DNA of 63,201 bases, filler included. It is 9 parts of 9 records of this genome, joined end to end, with 100 filler letters (N's around TTAATTAATTAA, not from the genome) between each part and the next. Parts side by side here need not be neighbours in the genome. Positions count along the whole stretch, not along the records: positions 50,743 to 57,802 come from SRR2962707_3786; positions 57,903 to 63,201 come from SRR2962707_3794; 7 more parts are not named here. One strand, written 5' to 3'. The notes below the pieces were generated by a model that was not told where the DNA came from, did not search any database, and saw only the letters and a program-made list of their open reading frames with translations. The position numbers and the translations under genes are program-made. Below, piece by piece: positions 53,996 to 63,201 of the stretch; the stretch's first letter is position 1; the number at the start of each line of letters is the position of its first letter.

Positions 53996-56900
53996 TTACT
54001 TGTTGATCTGCTTGTGCAACAGATCTCCCTCGCAACCCTTGGTGGCGAAATAGGTTTTGTAGCCCTCGAAACTCTTACAGTATTTGCTAGGCTCTCCGCA
54101 GCGGACCTTGAGCCAGCAATCTCCAATTGCAGGATTGAAACTAAAGCTATTGCAATGTGCGGTCGCATCGCATGCATTCTGGCATTGCGTGAGTGTGGCG
54201 TGCGTTGTGCCCCCTGAAATGCCCTCTGGCCAGCCATCAATGCCATTTCCGGGCATCCCTTCCAAGCAGTCAAGTCCGCCCCGTGTTTCGTATGAGCGCG
54301 GTTTTAGGAGAGCTGGTTGCCGTCGTCGTGCCGTAAGCGACGGAAATTGTTCGCCATGACTATTGCCGGAACTAACAGCAGAACGGGCATTCAGAGATTG
54401 GTCCCCATTGGATCCCCAGAGCTTGTCCGTTTCCCATATAAAAGTGGTCTGTGGTGAACCCTTGATCTTTTCAATCGATTCTCCTGAGGGGCACTGCACC
54501 AATGCAGGACCACCAAGCAGACCCTGTACGCCGACGACATGCAAATTATTGAGGCTTTGGCACGCAGACACAGTCTGCGTTCGATGCCAACCAAAACAGC
54601 AGTGTGAAAAAAGAAGTGTCAAGTATTTACCTTGAGGGGACCTCCATCAGCCACACCCAGACATAGTTCGGTCGCTTCGTTGCTGAACCAAACAATGTCA
54701 CCATTGTCAGCGGCGGTCCTATGGGCAGTCCATTTTTGGCTTGCAGCAAGTGTATTTTGACGATGCCCTGAGCAAACGTTCAGCACAACACTTCGACTCG
54801 AACTCAAAGCTCCAGTGGGACCTGCTGTAACGCATAATGTCATGCCTGGCCAACCACTGAGCACAAGCTGGCCCGCTTGCCCATAATAAAACTTTTCCTC
54901 TGGTTTGCCAGCACATGGCTTAAGTTGCAGGTTCGAGCCCACATTTGGATCTGGTGACGCAGCGCGAAGGCAGAAATTTATGGAAGATTCACTGCTAGCG
55001 TTGTCTTCTTCCATGCCGAGAACCTGTGCACCCTGAAACAACGATCCATGGTACACAACCTGCGCAGCATTGCCGCAACCAGGTTACAAGCACGCACAAT
55101 TGATCCGGGGCCAAATTCATCGAGCGCACGCACGTTCAGACAACGTGTAGACGTACAAATTCATCCAGCGGAGCGAACAGCGACGGATACACAGTGTCCA
55201 GATACCTAGCATGGTTTTAGCCAGGCATGAGCTGTGAAAGGCTCTATAATCCAAGGCCCGTCCACGCGCAAGGATAGCTGGATAAATCAAACTCACCACT
55301 GGAAATCTTTGCACTGAAGGTTCTTGCGCATTTCTATTCGTTCCACAAGCTTGGAGTCAAACCCATCGTGGGCACTGATGGGAGTTCGAACCCCTGCAGT
55401 TTTGTAGTAGATTCTGGAAACATCCAGGCACGAAGTTGCAAAAAATGTGAAGCAGCAGACGCACAAGCAAGCACACGAGCGACTAAATCGCAAGTAAGGG
55501 CATACGTACTGCTTGAAATCGTCCATCCACACTTCAGCTGCCCGAATCAAATTATGTCGGAATATAGAATTGATGTTTGCGCCCGGAAAGGGCGATGGAT
55601 TTCGTTGCCTAAAAATATGCCCGACAATCGAGCACGGGGCAACTTCAATAGAGCCTCCGCACGTCCAAATCCGGAAGGAGATCTCAATGTTTTCGCCACC
55701 CCAACCAGTCATTCCATCGTCGTATCTGCATTTGACAAAAAAGCACCAGCATCAAATCCAACATGTACTCGCCTGCATATTGAGTCAAATAATATACCGC
55801 CTGTTCGACGAACGCACGAGCCAATGCTGTAGAAAAAATCGCGGTCAATGCTAAACAAGCCGCCGGCCATTGTCGGGGCTTCCACGGCATCTGTCGATGC
55901 TAAATGCTTCGATTTCACTTGAGGTGGTGGGCGCGATTTTGAATATGACCAGTGAAAAATAAGATTCCAATCCAACACTCCGTACGCTACGTTCGTAATA
56001 CTTGTTGCTGCCTGATTGGCAAGCGTGTCCTAAATGCATGGAAAAAAATGCATTTGCAGGCAATGCATCATTAGCTTGGATTTGGATGCGATGGTAAGTC
56101 GCTTTCCAAAAACCGACGAACTTGCAACAAACCATACCTGATTAATCACTGTGATTACTGGCGCAACCACCCGCGTTGCATCTTCTGACACCCGCGCCAA
56201 CAGAGGCTCAAGCCAACCTTCGTTGACCTCAATGTGGGAGTCTAAAAACGTCAAAATTGACGCTTCTGCTCGTTCTGCCCCAAAGAGACGTGCACGGATA
56301 AGCCCGGTTCTTCCACCAGTGCGGTAGAGTTTTAACAAATGATATGCGGGATGTGCGGCAATTGCTCTTTCAAGCGGCTCGTGCATATCGGTAGCGTCAC
56401 TTCCATCGTCCACAAGCACAATCTGCAACAACATTAGATGTCAAGTTGCGCGATTGGTGATAATCTGACAATACGGCAAAAAGAACGTGTGCAACAAACT
56501 TCTCGAAGTAGCTCTGGGGGTGACAGATCAATGACACTATTGATGGTGCGCCACAACGCAAACCACTCCTCGTTCACGAAGCAGATAATCACGCTGGTTG
56601 GCTCCAACACCTGGACAGCCACGAGTCAGTTGCAATGTTTGAAACGAAGCAGTCGAATAGCTAACGATTGCAACACACTCTCACTGACCAGCCCATGTTT
56701 GCCGTCAGAAGTTGACACTCCGCACTGACGGCTGCGCGTGTTCGGCCACCCAGCAGTCCGCACTTGGCCGATCTCACGACTCCGAAACTCATTGAAATCG
56801 TAGCGAGCATAAGCGCGCGTGTGAAGAAGTGACGGCGTTTGACGATTAGCGTAGAACTCCCACTGCTGAAGACCCACGTTCTCGTCCCCCAAGCTAAGAC

Positions 56901-57687
56901 ATGGACGAAGGACAACATCAAAAATATTTTCGGGCTTGGACCCTTGGGTTAAAAGTGAAGGTGTGGGCGAAAGCGTTAGACACTGAAGCGGCGAAGTCTT
57001 GGTACTTTGATCTTGCACATCGCCATTGACGTGCCGAAAGTCCGATAGGTGAGGTGTAGCCGCTCTGTCAAACAATATTACTTGCTTGGTCTTGGAAAAG
57101 AGCCACTGAGCAGGCACGGCTGCGCAATCAACCGACACGAGTTGCGCAACATCCGCTCCAGAAGCAAGTTGGCCTGTAAGGCAGCTCTTCAAATTTGACC
57201 GCAACGACTCAATGTGCCGCAAAAAAACTTCTTGATTGCCACCATTTCCATTGCTCCCAATTGCATCACTCGTGCCGCTCAGCTGGATTGGTTCTCGCGC
57301 AGCCACAGCCACTGTTTCCAGTGCCTGGTCAGAGGCATCGCAGCGTCGAGCAATCGGCGCATACTTCTCCAACCCCACGGCCGCAGACCCTGCCGCAATT
57401 GGAGCAGCGGTTGTGGGAATTGCTAGACAAGCGTCAGGAATCTGCAAGTTGGTCAGCTGCCCAGAAAACACATTCGTTCGTTTCGCTGGGTCAGACGTGA
57501 AAAAAGCCGCCCCGGAGCCGACCAGCGACAAAAGGCCGCCGCTCCCCACGCCGTCGGAAACGAAGGCAATGAGGCTGAAATTCACGACAAGCACCACCAG
57601 CAGGCACAGGCCCACTGTCCAGCGCAGCACTTGCGACCGAGAGCAGCCATCGTCTGCCGTGCTGGTTCGTGGAGCCGGGTACCGCAT
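53996..57687 (-). CDS. Multi-exon polypeptide N-acetylgalactosaminyltransferase (GT27) with ricin-like and PAN/apple-like domains
   Basis: Type II TM; TSVIICFVNE, LVDDGS, GLIRARLFGA, LTFLDSHIE, PTMAGGLFSIDR, WGGENIEISFRIWTCGG, PCSIVGHIFR, AAEVWMD; C-terminal ricin-like repeats then CQNACDATAHCNSFSF...CWLK. Confidence 0.92.
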
Positions 57688-57749
57688 TTGCCGAACTCAC
57701 CTAATACGAATCACACGCCACGAATCCAACACTCACGTCAGAAAGCGGG

Positions 57750-57802
57750 CACACACACACGCGCACGCAGACACACGCAGACACACACACACACACACAC
57801 AC
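57750..57802. repeat. (CA)n microsatellite at contig end
   Basis: acacacac run. Confidence 0.95.
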
Positions 57803-57902
57803 NNNNNNNNNNNNNNNNNNNNNNNNNNNNNNNNNNNNNNNNNNNNTTAATTAATTAANNNNNNNNNNNNNNNNNNNNNNNNNNNNNNNNNNNNNNNNNN
57901 NN
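57803..57902. other. Artificial contig spacer
   Basis: N44-TTAATTAATTAA-N44. Confidence 0.99.
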
Positions 57903-60900
57903 GCAGCAGCAGCAGCAACAACAACAACAAGCGTACCAGTACCAACAGCTCCAACAGCGCCAGCAGCTGCTACAGGAGCAGCAGCGGCAACATGCATTGC
58001 GCCAGCAACAGATTCGCAACTCGGCTAATGCGTTGCTAGGATCCATTCCGAGCTCACGTCCGACTGCAAGTCTGTCCGCCATGTCTCCCAGCAATGCATT
58101 TTCGCACCGCCTTCCTGATATTGGCGCTTCTGGTGGAGCGGTGCCTCCGCCTTTGTTCGGGGCCTCGAGTGGGAGCTCCGGAGCCGAAGCCGGAAGTATG
58201 GGTTCTGCACATGGCGGCGGTGGTGCATATGGCGGACGTGACGTGGGACTGGGTGGGCTTCCGTCTGCTGTTCCCGGTTCAAAGCTGCTGGGTTCCTCTG
58301 CAGCGCCGTCGGCCCTGTCGCAGCATACAATGCAGCTTCGAAAGTTCAACATTCAGAAAAAGAAAGCTGTTCTGTCGCTGCAGCGCCAGCAAATGGCAAA
58401 TGCGATGCGCTTGGCGTTGGCCAAGCGCGGTGCGCATCCGGTGATTCACGCACACCAATATCCAGGAGGTGGTGGGGACGGTGCAATGGGAAATGCAATG
58501 AACCAGCAACGACAGCGGCAGCAGCAGCAGCAAGACCGAGCGTTGGAGCGCGAGGACTCCTTCGCCGAAAGTGCCAAGGCAGAGCAAGAGCGACTGGAAG
58601 CTGAGCGGTTGGAAAAAGAGCGCAGGAAAAAAGCAAAGCTACGCAAAGCCAAAAAAGCTGAGAAAAAGGCACGAGCGTGCATTGCTGTTCATGTTGCACT
58701 TTCTTGTCCGTTTTGTATCTCCAGTGGCCATTGTCAATCTTCTTCATCCTTTTTTTTCTCGTCATGCTTCTTGATCTCAAACCAGAAAAAAATGCCTCGC
58801 AAGGGCGACACCAAGAATTGGCTTGCCGACTTTCTCAAGCAGGAGGGAATCGAAAAATTGGCCGACGAAATGCCTGGCACCGACGCCCAACATATCGCCA
58901 ACAAGTCGAAGTTCGTGCTGGCAGTAGTTCTGTGCCTCAGCGTCGACGCTGCTACCGTTGTGTGAAGCCTAAGTCTCGCATGGTCTCTGCCAATTCCAAT
59001 GATGCCGTTTGCGCAGGTATCTTAATCGGCAGGATTCAGACGACCCAGACGAGACGGAAGACTCGCGCCTCGAGGCGCTTCGCAAGGCGAAGGAAAGCTC
59101 CCATACGCGCCAGGATGTGTTGGACATGATCAAGTTAATCAACGCCTGCAAGTTCCTTCCTCGTCCCAAGTACCGCAAAGAGGAGCTGGTGCGCTGTAGG
59201 CTGCATGGAATTGGAGGAGCGCAGTTTGTGCCTTCACGTCAAATCACAGCTACCAGATTTGATTTTTTATTCCTCTGCTTGGATGAATAGGCAATCCTTC
59301 GAAGGAAGCATCCCGACGTAAATCCACGAGACCTCATATTGCCCCCGAAACCCACATTTCGCGGAATTGCGAATTGCGTGAGGGTACGAGGTGCCTTGGT
59401 TGGAGCAATGACTCTTGCCCTACTTCATGTACTTGCGTTGAGGGGCGGCATCCCGTCGCCCAATCGGGCACGGTGTTTTGACGCATGTCGACACGTGTGG
59501 TGTTGTGCTTTGCCTCGCAGGCAATGCATCGAATCAAAGTAACCTATGTTGTCAGCAACTTCTCCAAGGCTATCGCTCTTCGTTCGCGGTCAAGTCGTAA
59601 CCTGTACGTGACCAAATTCCTGTTTTACTCTGGCCAAGTGAAGCATGTCCTGGCACTCGTTCAACTCAGTTGTTTACTCTATGGACTCTTTGAATCGCTA
59701 GGTTTGACCTGATGAAGCTTTACTTCGACGTGACCCGAGCATGGCTGGCTGGACGAGTGTCCGTCCCTATCAAGGTGTATTTAGTTTTAACCGTACGCAT
59801 TTGCTCGGGGTGTTTTTTCGGCCAAGTCGTTGTCTCACTTTTGGTGCGCTACTGGCATGTTGTGCAGTCCATTTCACAGCACAGAGAGCTGGATTTTTCA
59901 GTTCCTGGGCTTTTGCCAGGCGGGCGCAAGCCCATACTATCGAAAAAGCAGCAACAAAGCGTGGACCGGCGAATGCTGCAAGTCAAAATCCACGCGCGTC
60001 GGGTGCTGGCTTCAGTTGAAGACGTTGTTTTGCAGGGCGAAGTGCCCACACCCATTCTTGACTTTCTGGTCCAACTAACAAAGCCGGGCATGCACATGCC
60101 CCGCAACTTCTTTTTCCTGTCCGAGGAATACAATCTTCGCTTTACAGTCTTTGGGGCCACGAAGAAGATGAACCAATGGATGGTCAAACGAATTTTACTG
60201 AACTTTTTCTTAACAAGAATTGTGATTCCATGGTGTATACTACAACCCTGGACTTGTGGCTTAGTACGTGGCATATCGCATGCAGGTGTGTTGTATGCAG
60301 TTGGGTTCTTTTGCTTATACGTAATGGCGCCCGTTCCTGCTCGTCTTACCTGCGTCGCAGGCAACAGCTGGCCTTCAAAAAAGCAAACGTGGCATGCTGA
60401 ACCTCCAAGTTCTCGCCTCAATCGTGTACATGGTTGTTCGTGGGGCGTATAGTCTGGTGTGTATTTTTGTGTGTTTATTCAAAAGCCAACCTGCAAAATC
60501 ATATTTGCAAGTGTGTCGCCAATTAGCTGCACGATTGTGCTTCGACAGTTGGTGCGGGATTTGCCCATTGAACTCTCAAAGGAAAAATTCACGACTCTGC
60601 CAAAGTTCGTGTGGTTTCAGCGCCATGTCATCTGGTCGTTCTGGGCCTGTTTTTCGGCCTGAACGCTCTTGGCTTCTTGTGTTTCATTGCCAGGGGGGGG
60701 ACGCCCTTGAACGACGAAGTATTCCGACCACCGCCCAATTTAACCAGGGGCACGCTTGGAGAAACGCGCGTGGTGGTCAAACTAGCGCAGCAAGCCGAGG
60801 AAGAAAAGTGGAAACGGCAGAAGGATCGCAACTTGTATGTCCGCAGCAAAAACTGTTGGGTTTCTCGGAGTTTGTACACGAATCGTCCTAACTCGCGGTT

Positions 60901-61846
60901 GTTTTCCAGGGATGAACCTCCAAAGTCTGAATTTCGGAAAAAGAAGACCAAGAAAGCCAAGGGGAAGCATGCACGTGAAGCTGCCGCTTTTAGCCACGAG
61001 GTCAGATCTTGAAAGTCCTGGCAGTGTGCTCAAAAAAAATGTGCGAATGCAAGAACGGTTTTACTTATGGGTGTTGTGTGCGCATAGGAGCTGGTGATGG
61101 GTGAAAAGTATCTTCATGAAGAGGAAATAGCAGCGCAACTGTTGCCCCCAAGCTACTTCGAAACGGTGTACGACCAGTACTTTGGCGAGTGGATGGAAAA
61201 TGAAGTCAATAATGTTGCAGTGTGGATTGACACGTTGTTCAAACAAGTGGTGTACCGCCGAAACGAGGTGAGCAACCATGAATTTTTTGAAATCAGTGCA
61301 CACAAAAGCAAAAGCAGAATACGCTTCGTTTACCACGCGCATCACCTTGCGTTGCTTTAGCAAGACGGTAAGCTTGGTGCAGCGAACGAAAGCAGCAGCG
61401 AAGCAAATGCCAAAACTGCGTCGGAAGCAGCTGCTGCAGCACGCGGTGGTGGTGATGACGACGACGATGCTGTACGTGAAGGTCTTGAAGTCGGTGTGCT
61501 CCTGGATGCTTCTTGGTTTGTGGTGAGTTACTGGACGTTGCTGGGTCTCTAATTTAGGCCGCTGCGTTTATCAACGTCATGGATGAAGCGGCGGAAGCGC
61601 TCTCGCCCAAAAGCACAAACAGCGCAAGATTGAGCCCGACTCATTCACTTCGTGCCAGCTCTGCATCGAATCCTTTGCGCCGCAGCGACAGTCGTGGGAT
61701 GGCGGTGAGGATTTGAGCGTGCGTCTGCTGCCTCGTTCTTCGGCTTTGGCAAGCTTTCGATGCTTACTCGTGCATGTTTTGTGCAGGACACACGGACTCC
61801 GAAACGCCGTGGCCTAGTTCGACAGCACTCGGCGAACAAAGGGTAA
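57903..61846 (+). CDS. Multi-exon uncharacterised eukaryotic protein, polyQ N-terminus, 5'-truncated
   Basis: Exons joined by GT-AG introns: polyQ/Gly region, Lys/Glu coiled coil, globular core (LQVKIHARRVLASVED...PILDFLVQLTKPG...ILLNFFLTRIVIPWCILQPW...NLQVLASIVYM), ends RQHSANKG*. Confidence 0.65.
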
Positions 61847-62352
61847 ATATGCATTTTTGCGGCGTAAATTGCTTGGCAATACACGGATCTAGACTAACAG
61901 CAACAAACTTCGTAACACGTAAAACTGCAGGCCAGGTGGGTCTGCCACGTGGGAGGTGTAGACAGCGTGTGCTCCTTCAAACATGAAGTGTGAAAACGGC
62001 AATCAGAGAGATGCGAACGATGCCTTTCCATGTTAATTTATTTGAATCGATGCCAGCCTAGGCACGCACGCGTACTTGCCTCGTTTGCTTGAATGTGGTC
62101 GGCAAGCACTTTATTCATCAGGAGCTTATCCGCGACGTCCTCGCAGCAAGGATTGCCATCCCTGCGGTTCGTACTCCGTGAGCGACGTGCGCAGGCCGTT
62201 ATCTGAGGGGCGGTGAACCACGAGCAGTGCAGGGATGGGTCACGGATTGTTATTAACTACATGCCAGTCAGCGCAGTGTGCCACAGTGCTTGGAGAGGCC
62301 AGATGCGAACATGGCATCGAATTGGGTCGAAACCCAATTCAACGTGTTCAAA

Positions 62353-63156
62353 CTACCTGCAGCGCAAAGTCACAGGCACTACTGTTGCAAAACGCACGTG
62401 TCATCGTCTTCTTCGGAGTCGAACAACATCATCATATCTTCCACGCAGATTCGCAAAGAGGCCACGAGATTCGCCAGAGCCATGGCGTTGCGCCGACCCT
62501 GCCAACACCAACGTCAACCGGCATGGGTCCACATAGTCGGCAGCAAACAATCACCAAGGCGCATTGCAAGGCCAAGCGGAACACAACAAAAGGAACCACG
62601 TCAACAACCGCGACAAAACTAGCTCAAAACACCGACACAGAAACGCGGCAACAAAGAATAGTGTGCTGCACCCCACGAGCGGTGGAAGCGACAGAGTCGA
62701 TTCGAATTCGACCAAAATCCACCAAGCAAGCAGCAAGCTGCCTGCCTGCCCGCCCGCCGACGAACCACCAACAAACCAACAGCCGGGCAAGCGAGCGAGC
62801 ACGCAAGCAAACAAACAAACCGCTGCTTCCATCGCCGCTGTCCTGTTGTTCTGCGTCGACAGGAACCGCCGCGTTGTCCTGCCAGGCATGGGCCCAGTCC
62901 TTACGCCATACGCCTCAGCCTCCATAAACACCGGAGACGGTCCGTAGTTGCTGCTGCTGTTGGGGTTGGCATTCACGCGCTGCATTCGCGGCATTCGGGG
63001 CAGTGCAGACCAGTCGCTGTGGCCCGCAGCGTACGCAGCGGACGAGTTCCAGCAGCGTGCTTGAGCGCGAGTCTGAGAGTGCGCGTGGCCGAGAGACTTC
63101 GCGCTCCGCTGGGTCATCCCGCGGAGGCCAGCGAGGGTGACTCGGATTGCTGGCAT
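62353..63156 (-). CDS. Small multi-exon protein with Arg-rich presequence and acidic tail
   Basis: MPAIRVTLAGLRGMTQRSAK...MEAA|LAACLVDFG...CCRVS|GRRNAMALANLVASLRICVEDMMMLFDSEEDDDT*; splicing inferred by eye. Confidence 0.5.
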
Positions 63157-63171
63157 TGCTGGCTGGGAGTG

Positions 63172-63201
63172 TAGCAGCAGCAGCAGCAGCAGCAACAACA
63201 A
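63172..63201. repeat. (CAG/CAA)n microsatellite at window end
   Basis: agcagcagcag...caacaacaa. Confidence 0.9.

Overview
This window is not one locus. It is an artificial concatenation of nine contigs joined by identical 100-nt spacers (44 N + TTAATTAATTAA + 44 N). Three contigs are bacterial: 1-5771 is alphaproteobacterial, Thalassospira-like (bcp, Hpt-REC, DUF455, adhP, ogt, ada-alkA, deaminase); 31013-40080 is gammaproteobacterial, Marinobacter-like (speD, azoR, pirin, prkB, PilZ-DUF1631-GGDEF-EAL, aminopeptidase, argA); 40181-50642 is Rhizobiales, Hoeflea-like (glnE, HK/RR, degP, hydrolase-OsmC, ccmH, ccmF). Six contigs come from an intron-rich microbial eukaryote and encode a CD36 receptor, an EamA transporter, an SDR, an RCC1-TBC protein, an OFA-type MFS carrier, a myristoylated IQ/Cys-motif protein, a DH-PH-FYVE-PIPK protein, a double AAA ATPase, a ppGalNAc-transferase and two unknown proteins. 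Taxon calls and exon structures are by-eye inferences. No CRISPR array, tRNA, rRNA or transposase was seen, and no single new multi-gene system can be supported. The best leads are unusual or catalytically degenerate signalling architectures, an uncharacterised CSC-x2-GNPC protein, and a recurring layout of convergent gene pairs bounded by microsatellites.
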